Source: a virus | DNA: 64,000 nucleotides | IMG/VR virus record: IMGVR_UViG_3300044981_000152 | Coordinates: 1-64,000 of that record | Direction: 5' to 3' (one strand) | Shown here: positions 34,984 to 45,605 of the stretch, piece after piece | How the letters are laid out: each line of letters starts with the position of its first letter | Numbering within the stretch: the first letter of the stretch is position 1 | The notes under the pieces: model-generated | Told to the model about the DNA's origin: nothing | What the model saw: the letters and a program-made list of their open reading frames with translations, nothing else | Databases searched by the model: none | Program-made: the position numbers and the translations under genes

Positions 34984-35700
34984 CCGCGTTTCCGCAGGTG
35001 GCGTCTTGAGCGTGGCCAGGATGCTTGCCGTAGATCGGCGGCGGCGAGACAGGGCCGTCCGGGAGGGCCTACGAGCCTAGGAACCCCAGCCCTCCCGGAA
35101 CCACCCGTACGGGAAGAACTCGTGCGCGCCACTGCGAGATATTCAGCGCCGCTCGCAGCCCGGCTCTGGAAAGCAGGCCTTTGCTAAGGGCCTCCAGGCT
35201 GTCAACCGCTGGCCATTCTAGCACTGTGGTTAGATCGGGCAGCGAAGAGAAGGACGGCATACACGGGCTGTGCCGCGCTTGGCCCTGAGCGTTCGTTTGC
35301 CTGCGAGGGTGTCAGCCCAGGACGCTGGCCGGTATGCCAGCGGCCGGTCTCAGCCTAGCGCGGAGCCCGGCCGGGGGTGGCGTCCCGCGTCCAAGTACCC
35401 CGGAGGGGTACAACTGCATCCTGGCAATCGGAGGCAGGAAATATTATAACCGCGATCTGGCCAGGCCGTCCGGCCTGCGATGATTCCGCGTTTCCGCAGG
35501 TCGCGTTTCGGCTGTGGCCCTGCATGCGCGGAGCCCGGCCCCTCGCGTCTTCCTGGCGGTGTCGCGCGGGCCGGGCTCCGTCAAGCAGGGCCAGTCTCGC
35601 CGCGGTCTGCTGACTGGCTGCCGGTAATCGAAGTTACAGACCGCTTCTCTATCCGGCGGCGGTACGCACGCGGTCTCAGCCTAGCGCGGGAGCCCGGCCG
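34984..35700. repeat. Two families of interleaved direct repeats in a gene-poor region
   Basis: CGGTCTCAGCCTAGCGCGG(G)AGCCCGGCCG at 35345-35373 and 35671-35700, with a partial copy at 35526-35540. CCGCGTTTCCGCAGGT(G/C)GCGT at 34984-35004 and 35486-35506. Confidence 0.85.
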
Positions 35701-35865
35701 TGCCCCGTATCAACGGTCCGGGGCGCGGACGGGCTCCGTTAAAGCCGGCCCTGTGTCCGGCACTGCTCCGGTGCGGCGGTCATATCCCGAGCACTTCGAG
35801 GGTGATCAGTCCCGGTTACTCAAGACGGGTAGGCCGCGCCGCCCGGCTCAACCTGCCTCACCAGC

Positions 35866-36312
35866 CTAGCGGTGGCCGTTCCCATTGAACAGCACCCCGG
35901 CTTCCAGGCGGCGCCACACCTCGAGCGCCTCCTGACGCCGGGTCATGCCCGGCGTCGCCGCCGTTTCGCCGCCGTAGCAGCGGCAGGTGCGCTCATGATG
36001 GGCGAGCGGCCCGGCTACCTCCATGAACTGGCATTCCTTGTGGACGTGGCGGATCCCGCCCGTCCTGTCGGCCTTCATGCATGGCATCGCCTGCCCGGAG
36101 TCGCCCGCTTCCTCGCTGAACGGCTCGTCGCAGTGCAGGCAGTTCTCGCCGACAGGGAAGGGCTTGCGCATCTCGGCGATCAACTGGCCGTCCTCGTCGT
36201 AGCAGATGTACGACCACCAGGGCTCGCCGAACCACCCCCAGTTGGCGCGGCGCACTTCGATGGGAATGTTATCGTACGGAGTGCCCGGCTTCCCGGTGTC
36301 AGCACCCATCAC
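35866..36312 (-). CDS. Hypothetical Cys/His-rich protein
   Basis: CLHC, HKEC and CRC motifs. Overlaps the upstream gene. Confidence 0.7.
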   Translation of the reverse strand: MMGADTGKPGTPYDNIPIEVRRANWGWFGEPWWSYICYDEDGQLIAEMRKPFPVGENCLHCDEPFSEEAGDSGQAMPCMKADRTGGIRHVHKECQFMEVAGPLAHHERTCRCYGGETAATPGMTRRQEALEVWRRLEAGVLFNGNGHR

Positions 36313-36964
36313 GGCTCCCCTCGGTTCGCAGTTGCGCAGTCGCTTCCTTCAGCCGTTCCAGGCCCACGCCGCGCTCGCCGTTACGGCCCACGATCCGCAT
36401 GAGCACATCCAACTCGCCCAGCTCGCGCGGCTCGAAGCGCCTGACCGGCTCGACCAGCGCAGCGGCACCGTCAGCGACGCGCCACTGTGCCGCGACCTCG
36501 CCTTCCCCTTCGTCGGTGATGACCTGGGCGTGCAGGTCCAGGTACGGGAAAGCGGCGGCGATGGCCTGCCAGTCCTCCGTGACCTCCTTGGCGGTCGGCC
36601 ATTTGCCGATGTTCCAGGTGGAGCAGCCGATCGCGCCGTCCCAGTCAAGCCAGCCGTGCGGGCCGCCGATCCAGGCCGAGACGATCCGCGAGTTGGTGAG
36701 GTGGTAAAGCGCGAGGCCGCCGATCGACTGGTACCACTCACCAGCGGCCTGCCAGGACATGTCCCAGTAGCTGTAGCCGCCGGCCTCGCGCCGGATCATC
36801 CCGATCCCGAGCACGTCGGCGACGGCCTTCTCCCACGCGCGGTCATTGGTGGAGAAGTACGGGCCGTTGGTCCGCAGCAGGATCTCATTCGCCTGCTTGC
36901 GGGTGACCGGCTCGGGCTTCTCGGGGACCACGATCAGGCGCGGCCACTTGGTCAGGTCTCGCAC
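36299..36964 (-). CDS. Conserved-looking phage hypothetical protein
   Basis: 221 aa, GAGGA RBS, SAWIGGPHGWLDWDG...NIGKWP. Confidence 0.8.
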   Translation of the reverse strand: MRDLTKWPRLIVVPEKPEPVTRKQANEILLRTNGPYFSTNDRAWEKAVADVLGIGMIRREAGGYSYWDMSWQAAGEWYQSIGGLALYHLTNSRIVSAWIGGPHGWLDWDGAIGCSTWNIGKWPTAKEVTEDWQAIAAAFPYLDLHAQVITDEGEGEVAAQWRVADGAAALVEPVRRFEPRELGELDVLMRIVGRNGERGVGLERLKEATAQLRTEGSRDGC

Positions 36965-37001
36965 GGTTCCTCATCCTCCCGTACCTCGCGGGGCACCCCG
37001 A

Positions 37002-37262
37002 TCACGCCCCGATCCCCGCGAGGCGGTTCACGTAAAGCGTCCTGCCGTCCAGCCAGTCACCGAGCCCGGCGTACGGATGCAGCAGCCGCCCGTCGTCGTC
37101 GCGCGTCTCGAAGTTGTCAAACGGGAGCGCGCCGCAGCCGGCGGCCCACCGCGCGGCTGTCGTGACGGGCGCCAGCGTCGACCAGCCCTCACGGACCTCG
37201 ACGGTGACCTCAGTGCCGGTCACGTTCACCGCGATCTTCCGATTGGCGGTCTCAGTGCTCAC
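37002..37262 (-). CDS. Ubiquitin-like (beta-grasp, DUF2604-like) protein
   Basis: 86 aa, GGAGGTG RBS. IAVNV.G.EVTVE, helix, FETRDDDGRLL...TLYVNRLAGIGA follows the DUF2604 pattern as I recall it (WELRD..G.LL...LFLNL.AG.GG). Confidence 0.6.
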   Translation of the reverse strand: MSTETANRKIAVNVTGTEVTVEVREGWSTLAPVTTAARWAAGCGALPFDNFETRDDDGRLLHPYAGLGDWLDGRTLYVNRLAGIGA

Positions 37263-39087
37263 CGGGCACCTCCTTCCACGGGCCGTAGGTGACGGTACGG
37301 GCGGACGAGCACAGCGGAATCGGGCCAGCATCGCACCTCATGGCGCGCTCGGCGCTCGTTGTCGGGGCCGGTGCCCAGGATGGCCGCCTCCCCGCTGAGG
37401 TCGTCGTAGCGGACGCCCCACTCGATCTTCAAGGCCTCGATGCGGCCCGTGATGATGTCCTCGGCTTCGTCCAGCTCGCGGGTGAGGTCGGGCTCAGCGG
37501 CCATAGGTGACTCTCCCTTGCAAGTCGAGCCCGGCGTCACAGTCCGGGCATACGAACCCCACCTGCTCGCCGTCGTGCGTTTCCACTACGACCAGCTGGA
37601 AGTGGGAGCAGTTAACCTGACGGACATAGGTACGCATAGCCAGCCGGTCGGCGGTCAAGTCACGGCCCGGCATCGGTCTCCCCTGTCTCAGCCGGGGCGG
37701 CCCCGGAGGGCACCTCCAGGTTGTCACGTCCGAACGCCTTAGCGGCGACAGCGGAAGCCGCCTCGAAGTGATGGTGCCAGGCAAGGTAGCCGCTTGATCC
37801 AGGGCCGGGTTCATTTTCGTCGGCATGACGGAGGATGGCGCTCGCGATCTTGTCGGCCAGGAGGGGAACGGCTGCTTCCAGGGCTGCGCGGGCGAGTGCG
37901 TCAGGCTCAGGGCTGCCGGGCCGGGTCAGATCGTCACGGAACTGGTCGCGGATGGCGGCTGTAGCAGCAGCGAGAACGGGGGCAGGGATGGGGTCAGGCA
38001 TCACGGCCCGGCTCGATCGCAGTCTGCTCACGCTCCAGATACCGCTGCCACACTGTCAGGCCGTCGTCGCCTTGCATGTAAGGCAGCATCACCTGGGCCA
38101 TGTCGGCCACGCCCGCCTCGATCAGCGCCAGCTGCGCCTCCAGCCAGTCCTTGAGAACGCGCCACGCAACGCGCTCGGCTTGCTCCAGGCTGGTGTACCG
38201 GTTAGGGACGTGACCGCGCCGGTAGCCTTCCTGCAGGGCCTTGTGGGTGCCGCGCACGTTGACCGGGAGCGCGAAGGTCCGCGGCCCGTATGGCGTGGTG
38301 ATCACGAACTGCAGGCCGCTCGGCTTGAAGTTGTCATAGGTGATCCCGATGGCCGACGCACCGTGCTGGGCCAGCCGGGCGATACATTCCGAGGCTGATT
38401 TGGTGGCCTCGATCGTGGTCGTGTAGTTGAGCGGCCCTTTGCCTACGGGCATGGTTCCTCCAGTTCTTCCCGCATCTCACTCATCCTCGGTGCCTTCTTT
38501 CAGCCCCAGCAGGGCAGAAGTGATGGCCAAGCGGATCTCGCATTCTTCGGCGGGCGCAGGGTCGCCGTGCTCGTCGCGGCAGCAGTCGCACAGTCCGTGG
38601 CGCTCGACGGTGACGCAATCCGGGCAGGCTTCGATCTCGTACCGGTCAAGCCCGATGCCTGCCCACGTGCGGTGCTCCGGGCACCTCTCAAGGTGCCTGG
38701 AATAGGCCGTCAGCGAGTGGAGTGCCAGCACTCTCTCAACCGCACAAAGGAGGAGAGGGACGTGCACGGCGCATGTGAGCTTGGGGCGGAAGAACTGGCT
38801 GTCCGCGTCAGCGTATGTCCGGATCTCGTCCAGGCGTTCCCGGATGACGGAGACGGGGGTGGTGGGGTCAGGGTCGGGCATCACGGCCACGCGAGGTTCT
38901 GGCCGGGCCGCTGCACGTCGTGAGCGCAGAGCCAGTCCTCGTTGCCGTCCGGGTCCGTGACCTTATAGGCGAGGTGCGGCTCGGGGCGGTTGCTGTCGGT
39001 CTCGCAGTCGCGGGCCTCCAGCACGGGCATCGTGAATCCGGGCATCAGGCGGTGCTCGATGATGTCGCCGGTCTTGAACTGGTCCAT
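37259..39087 (-). CDS. Run of overlapping small hypothetical genes (37259-37504, 37494-37673, 37660-38001, 37994-38452, 38477-38890, 38881-39087)
   Basis: Tightly packed minus-strand ORFs with RBSs and start/stop overlaps. Starts are approximate. Confidence 0.65.
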
Positions 39088-39143
39088 GGGTTAGTCCTCC
39101 TTGGTTGGTGCCGCCGCGGGGGCGGCTAGCTCGGGTCGCGCCA

Positions 39144-39593
39144 TCAGCACGCCTCCCATAGTGTCCGCGGCATCCGCTCGGTGCCGGTCTGGCCCCGCGG
39201 CCTCGACGGACGGTCCCAGCCGGGATGAGGCGGCCGCTCGGCCACGACCCGCCATCCGGCCGCGCGCAGCGACGCACCGGGCTCCCCGGCCTGGGTGTAC
39301 GTCACCAGGCGCGAATACCCCAGCGCTTTCGCAGCTTTCCAGCACGCCCCGTACAGCATCGAGCAGGCGTTCGGCCAGCCATCCGACGTCACCCGTGTTA
39401 CCTCCAGCGTCTGCCCGTCGTCGAACAGCCGCGCCACCGGCCGGCCCGCAATGGCCACGCCTCGCAGCACGCCCTCCTGATCGGCCGCTCCCACGGCGAA
39501 CTTCATCCCGCGGGGGGGGGCGTGGTGCCGGTGCCACATGGCCGTGAACGCCTTCGCCTCGCGCTGGGAGACGGGGACCAGGTGCAGGGTCAT
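39144..39593 (-). CDS. XF1762-family protein
   Basis: HRHH.PP.G.KF, GRPVAR..DDG.TLEVTR, NACSMLYGA, TYT...E.GASLRAAGW. Confidence 0.85.
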   Translation of the reverse strand: MTLHLVPVSQREAKAFTAMWHRHHAPPRGMKFAVGAADQEGVLRGVAIAGRPVARLFDDGQTLEVTRVTSDGWPNACSMLYGACWKAAKALGYSRLVTYTQAGEPGASLRAAGWRVVAERPPHPGWDRPSRPRGQTGTERMPRTLWEAC

Positions 39594-41105
39594 TCAGAAC
39601 GCCGGCTCGTCGTCCAGGCCCTCGCCGGCCTCGTCTTCGCCGGCTCCATCCCAGCCCCAGCCGCCGGCCGGAAGCGCCGGTCTCGGCTCGGGCCGTTTCA
39701 GCGGAGTCGGCAGGCGGACCACCTGGCATGCGGGGCCCATCACCACGTCGGCGATGATCCGGCCGTCCCAGTCGCGGACGACGAGGCCCTCAGCGCCGAA
39801 CACCGATGCGCTGGCGATCCAGCCGGTGTGGTCGCGGCGGCCGGGTAGCTCCACGCGGCCCCATATCCCGTCAGGCCGGGAGTCCCCGGCCGGAGCCTCC
39901 TCGCCGCCAGCCGGCTCCCGGAGCGCGGCGAGGGTGCGCTCCATCACCTCGCGGATGTCGTCGGTCACCGGGTACGGCGCGTAGCATGCGCACACCTTCT
40001 GCAGCAGCTCCAGGTCGGCCCTGCTGACGGTTACGGTCTCGCTCATCCTCAGTCCTGCCGCCCGGCCATCAGGTGCCGGACCGACTCGCCGATGTGGTCC
40101 AGGGGCTCCCATTCGACCGTCTCGGTCTGCTCGATCACGTGGTGCGCCCCGTCGTAGTCGATCTCCTGACGGCTGACGTAGACGGCCCGGTGCCACGTCG
40201 GCTCGCCTTCGGCCGGCCGGTCGTGACCGTCAGGCTCGGTGCAGTGCAGGTCGATGCGGCCTCCCTTGACCGCGCGGCACTTGCGGGGCTCCGCGTCCGG
40301 CGCGGCCGGGTTCTCTCGTCTCTCGATGCTCATTTCTGCTCCGTCCAGATAGTCACGGTGGCCAGATCCTGGGATGCCATCACCGAGATCACCTCAAGGT
40401 CGTCCCCGTCGATGGCTATGGCGTCCTCAGGCATTGCCTTCAGGTGGTCGATCAGCTGGGTTACGGTCACGGCGATCTCCTTTCCCGTTTGACGGCGATG
40501 CACGGCAGCGGACAGATGTAGACGGCGTAAGGGCTGGCCCGCTCACCGGAGCAGCAGCATCTCAAGGGCGAGCAAGAGCATGGAGACGAGGTTCACCGCC
40601 TGCGTGCGCCGGCTCAAGGTGGCGCCGGCCAGCACGCTGCCGAGCTGGCAGATGCACAGGAGCACCAGCACTCCACCCGTCACGGCGTGCCATGTTCCGA
40701 GGTTCATTCGCTGTCTCTTTTCTCGTCGCCGCGTTCTTCCAGCTCGCACCCGAACTCGTTCCCGCAGCAGAAGTGATGCTCCCTGCACGAGCGTCTCATC
40801 AGCTCCCCGGCGGGCAGCGTCTCACCGGGCGCCAGCGATTCCTTCACGCGGTCCGCCAGCACCTTGCAGAACGCCCAGTAGTGGCCCTGGTGAGAGTTGC
40901 CGGTGTGGTGCCCGCAGCGGGGGCAGACGACACAGCGGCACGCCATGGTCCCGTCAGGCATGTGGTAGACGCTGGGAGCCTCGGCGTCGCACGCCGAGCC
41001 GGGCACGGGGGCGAGGCCGATAACCTCGCCGAGGATGAAGCCCTTCGCGGCCAGTTCCGCTCGCAGCGCGTCATCGGGCGGCGGGGGCATGTCGTCAGGC
41101 TGCAT
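39594..41105 (-). CDS. Run of small hypothetical genes (39594-40046, 40049-40333, 40543-40707 membrane, 40704-41105 Cys-rich)
   Basis: Packed minus-strand ORFs. Confidence 0.6.
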
Positions 41106-41754
41106 GCGGGGCCACCCCCCGCTGTGACCGTTTCCGCGTCCGCTGGTACTCCCGGTCCAGCCCGGCCAGGGCGTCAGGGACAGCCCGGCCCGCGTTGCGC
41201 TGCCGCGCCGCCTCGGCGTGGGCCTGCCGCAGTACCGCCAGCCACGGCTCCGCGGGCAGCGGGGCGACCCGCCGCGGTCCGGCCAGCGCCGCCGGATTCC
41301 GGGCCCACCGGCCGGCCGACGGCTTCCGGGCCCGGTGCGCAGCGTCGTACGCGTCCAGTTCCCGCAGCAGGATCTCCCGGTGCAGCGCCGCCTCCGGGTC
41401 CGGGGGGATTCCCGGCGGGGCCTCGTGCGCGCCGGCGGCGAGGCGGATCAGGGCGTCGATCAGCGGCTGCGCGCGGTGGCCGCCCATCGGGGCCGACGCC
41501 TCGTCGGCGCGGGCCATCGCCTCAGCCAGGACCTCGTCGCCGATGCCCGCGGGGAGCGCGGCGCGCTCGCCGGGGACCAGTCCGCCGAAGACCCCGTACT
41601 GCTCGCCGGCCGACAGCGCGGCCCGCAGGCACCGGGCCCGGACCGGGCAGCCCTGGCAGACCGTGCGGGCCCTGGCCAGATCGGCGGGGGTGTCGGGGAA
41701 GAACAGGTCCGGGTCCTCGTCCAGGCACGCGGAGCGGTCGCGCCAGCCGGTCAC
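41095..41754 (-). CDS. WhiB-family transcription regulator with C-terminal extension
   Basis: W...AC...DPDLFFP, C..CPV...C, GVFGG....ER. Confidence 0.92.
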   Translation of the reverse strand: MTGWRDRSACLDEDPDLFFPDTPADLARARTVCQGCPVRARCLRAALSAGEQYGVFGGLVPGERAALPAGIGDEVLAEAMARADEASAPMGGHRAQPLIDALIRLAAGAHEAPPGIPPDPEAALHREILLRELDAYDAAHRARKPSAGRWARNPAALAGPRRVAPLPAEPWLAVLRQAHAEAARQRNAGRAVPDALAGLDREYQRTRKRSQRGVAPHAA

Positions 41755-41881
41755 AAGATGCTCCGCTCAGCCGCCCGGTCCTTGATGTGTTCCGGGGGAG
41801 TCGTTATCGTCATCAGTGCTTGATCCTTCCCGGGCGGCCAGCCCCTACCGTGTTGCTGGCCGCCCGTCCATCGTTTCCGGC

Positions 41882-42745
41882 TCAGGCTGGCTGGCCGTGC
41901 ATCACCGTCACGTTGCACTCGGCCGCGAGCTTGTCGACGACCTTGGTCACGGCCTCCCGGGCGACCCGTGCCGGCTCGTTCATGAAGTACCCGAGCGCCA
42001 GCGTCTTGTCCTGGCCGATGCGGTACCGGAGCCGGACCGCCATCACGGCCGGCGCGATGTCCTCGTACGGGGCGATCAGGAGGTCGAACTCGTTCGGCAT
42101 CTCGATCGTGCCCCGCTTGGCGTTCTGCCCGGTGGCCGCGATCTCCTCGATGTAGCTGAACTGGGTCTGCCCGGAGGAGACCCGCGTGCCGCTGGTCATC
42201 GCGACCTTGAGGGTGGCCTTGAAGTTCTGGGCGGTCTCTAGCAGGTCGGCGGACTTGACCGCGCCGGCCGGGTCGATGTCGCTGGCGTGCTCCTCAAGGA
42301 ACTCCGCGAACGCCTCCTGCCCCATGAACCTCCGGTCCTTCGCGGTCCAGTCCTGCCACGGGAGCGTCGGTGTCAGGGCCAGGATGAGCCGGTGCTGCTG
42401 CCAGCGGGCACCCTCGCCGGCGGCCAGGCCGTCGCCGTCCGCGTCGGTGCCCCGGTGGGCGTCGAGGACGGCCGTCACGGTGCCCGCGTCGAGATCGGCG
42501 AACACCTCGGAGTCCTCGTCGGCGTGCTTCCCGTAGTACCGGGCGAAGCTGGCCACGTTCCGCACGGTGACCGTGCCGCGCTTGCGCTTGGGGAAGTCGC
42601 GGTACGTGTCGCCGGTCAGGTCGATCTGCTCGAGGCGGCCGCCGGGCAGCGCGACCGCGTAGAAGGCGCCCAGATCTAGCTCGTTCGGCTTGGCGGCGCA
42701 GGTGGCCAGGTCGCGGACGACCTCGGCGTCTATGGTTTCTGTCAT
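41882..42745 (-). CDS. DUF2303 (YfdQ-like) protein
   Basis: AVLD.H...W..HR..L, Q..FAEFLE, LRYRI motifs. Confidence 0.85.
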   Translation of the reverse strand: MTETIDAEVVRDLATCAAKPNELDLGAFYAVALPGGRLEQIDLTGDTYRDFPKRKRGTVTVRNVASFARYYGKHADEDSEVFADLDAGTVTAVLDAHRGTDADGDGLAAGEGARWQQHRLILALTPTLPWQDWTAKDRRFMGQEAFAEFLEEHASDIDPAGAVKSADLLETAQNFKATLKVAMTSGTRVSSGQTQFSYIEEIAATGQNAKRGTIEMPNEFDLLIAPYEDIAPAVMAVRLRYRIGQDKTLALGYFMNEPARVAREAVTKVVDKLAAECNVTVMHGQPA

Positions 42746-43092
42746 TGCCTCACTCCTGGCACGTCGCGGTCCTGGAAGATCGGGAGGGTGTTCGGGTCGT
42801 TGCGGGACAGGTTGCCGTCCTCGTCCGGGTAGAAGATGGACGCCGGGGCCTCGGCCCTCGGCGCGCGGAGCTCGACAGCCCCGGCCACCTTCACGATGTC
42901 GTCGTTGCCGCTGAACGGCGAGACCTCGATGGTCAGCCGCAGGGTGCCCTTCTTGCCGGTCTCCCTGACGGCCGCCACGAGCTCGGCGAGGCGCGTGGCG
43001 GCCTCGTCGGCGACCAGGCCCTTGTTGACTTCGCTGAGCACGTCAGCGAAGGGCCGCACGGTGGCGGCCTGTGCTGTGTTCGTTCCTGGCAT
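42742..43092 (-). CDS. Conserved phage protein usually paired with DUF2303
   Basis: L.ELV.AV.ETGKKG.L.L...F...DGNLSR.DP. Confidence 0.8.
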   Translation of the reverse strand: MPGTNTAQAATVRPFADVLSEVNKGLVADEAATRLAELVAAVRETGKKGTLRLTIEVSPFSGNDDIVKVAGAVELRAPRAEAPASIFYPDEDGNLSRNDPNTLPIFQDRDVPGVRQ

Positions 43093-43131
43093 CGTGGTTC
43101 CTTCCTCGGTGATGGTTTGGTTAGCGGGAGG

Positions 43132-45605
43132 TCAGTGGGGCGTGACTCCGGGGAGCGCGAGCTGCCCGGCGGCTTCCTGCTCGGCCGGGCTCATCGCCAG
43201 CGGCGGCGGCGGGTCATCGGGCCGGTGGAGATTGCACAGGGCGCCGTCCGGGCCGTCCTTCGCCCACCCCTCGTACGGCATCCAGTCGATGACCTGGTCG
43301 GAGGTCTCGAAGTGGATGCAGGACGGTCCTTCCTCCTCGTCGCCGAGCGTGTCACCGCAGGTTCCCTCCTGCCCGTCGGGGGCGTCGCATTCGGCGACCC
43401 AGCACGGGATGGAAAGCTCCTTCACGCGGACAGTAGCCAGCTCGGCCAGGAGTTCCGGGTCCGGGGCGCGGTCCTCGCGCAGTTCGGCCAGCGCCTTGTC
43501 CGCTTCGGCGCGCGTGACGAAGTGAGGGCTCCCGAGCCCGTCATCGTCGAAGTCGTACGGGTTCGGGTCGAGCTCGAAGCAGGGCTCCGGCAGCTGGCGG
43601 ATGGTCATGATGCCGCCGCCCGACCGGCGCCGGCAAGCTCGTACAGGTGCCAGACAAGGCCGCTCATCCTCGGACAGGTGCCGACCCACCGGGCGTTATC
43701 CGGCAGCGGGTGGCCCGTGCCGAACACCTGGAAGTGACGGGCGGTCTTAGGTGCGCCGTTAGTGAACTCGGCCCAGAACTCCACCTCGTCCAGGGTGTTC
43801 CCGTTGGCGACGTGAACCGGGTCTCCGGTCAGGTCGAAGGTCCACGGCCGGTCGTCCACCGGGACCGCGTAGCGGAACATGCGCCGGAGCGGCGCTCCCT
43901 GCTCATCGGTGCTCATTGGCGTGTCCCTTTCTCGTCGGTGCCTCTTTCGCGCTTGTGCCGCACTGAGTGAATCTCCGGCTCCGGGCACTCGCACGGATCA
44001 CCGATGCAGGAGGCGTGGCGGCCGTCGCGGCAGTCCGGATCGAGCAGCGGGCCCGCTCCGACCGCCTCCAGGTCCCGCGGCGGCTCGCCGATGAGGGCCG
44101 AGAACCAGCAGGAGGTTCCGTCCGGCCCCGTGCAGGCGGCCTCGGTGCGGTCGGCGAGCGCGCAGATCCTCTCCCGTTCGGCGGCCCGCATGAAAGGCGC
44201 AGCGGCGAGAAGGGCGGCCTCCAGCTCGTCGCGGGGGAACGGCTGGCCGGTGACGCGGAAAGCGCTGAACGCCTCATCGGCCGCCTCGTAAGCGCCGGCG
44301 GGCAGCGAGTCCTCAGCCATTCGGGGCCTCCCCTTCGTCGGTGCGCTCTTGATCTTGCTCATCGCGTCCGATCACCTGCCGTACGGCCTCAGCGAGATCC
44401 TCCGGCCAGCCTCCGGCCGGGTAGTGCGCCATCCAGCCGTCAACAACCTCGCGAACCTGGGCCTTCAGGTCTGCGACGGCCCGGGCGGCGACAGCGGAGC
44501 CGATCCTCATGTCCAGTTCCCGCTGTTCCGGGTGGCGTTCCTCCCACGGGAGCATCAGGAATCCCGGCCGGTCCTTCAGGGCGGAGCGCTCGGCTTCGAA
44601 GTCGCGGCGGACCTGGTGGACGACCTGGCCGAGCGGTTCGCGGGGGTCGCTCATTGCCCAGCCTCCTGCTCGGGCCGGTCGACCGGCCCGACCGTGATCC
44701 ACCTCACCGAGTTACACCCATCGCACGTGAACGCGACCTCGCGGGGTTCGGTGATCTGGTCTGCGTCGGCGATGATGTAGACGATGCTTGTGCCGCAGTC
44801 GCAGCCGAGTTCGATGCCCGGCCCGCCCTCCGTGGATACCGGGTTGGCCCATAGCAGGCTGCGGGGCGGCGGGACGTAATCGTTGTCAGCCATTTCCGTC
44901 CCTCGGGTCCGCCTCGGTACCGTCCGCGTAGAGCACCCTGACGGGCGTGGTGTCCGGATTGTGGCCGGACAGGATCAGCAGGCAGGCGAAGCACACGCCC
45001 TCATCCGGGCCGGGATTGGGCGCGTCCCAGCCGTAATAGTCGTCCTCCGGCGTGCACTGGTAGGTGCGCTTGCAGCGACTGCATGTCACCTGCTGCCACT
45101 GGAGCGCCTCGTTCAGGTCCATGGCGGGCTCAGCCATGATCCGCCCCTTCGTCGCTGCGATCTTCCGGTCCTGTCCCGGTGATGGCCAGGATCTCCTGAG
45201 CTAGGTGAGGGCAGCAGGACCCCGGCAGCTCAAGGTGCCCCCGGCAGTGGGACGTGATGGTGGCCAGCTTGCGCTCAGCGGCCAGTGCCCGGTCCAGGGT
45301 CCGTTCCAGCACTCCGTCATGCAGGCATGCGGGGCACAGCCGGGTGACCGCGTTACCGGCACCGGCGAGGTCTTCGCGGGCTGTCTCCGGGTCCATGTCA
45401 GCGCTCATGCTGCGCTCCTAGCCGCTGGCCACCCGGCCGCCTCCGCATCCCACCAGCAGTACCAGGTGTGACCGCAGACCGCGCAGCCGTAGGAAGCTCG
45501 CAGGCTCCCGCGGTCCTCAACGGGATCGCCGAGGGGCAGCGCTACCGGGGCATCGCCGGGGAAGCACTCGGGGCAGGCGTCGGCCAGGGTCGAGGGCGTG
45601 CTCAT
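43132..45605 (-). CDS. Run of small hypothetical genes (43132-43608, 43605-43916, 43913-44320, 44313-44654, 44651-44893, 44886-45137, 45130-45408, 45405-45605)
   Basis: Chain of overlapping ORFs, many with CxxC pairs. Confidence 0.65.

Noticed and set aside
34984-35700. CRISPR array or multi-guide array for IscB
   Set aside because: Only two copies of each repeat, spaced 300-500 nt apart, with no similarity to the omegaRNA stem and no cas genes.
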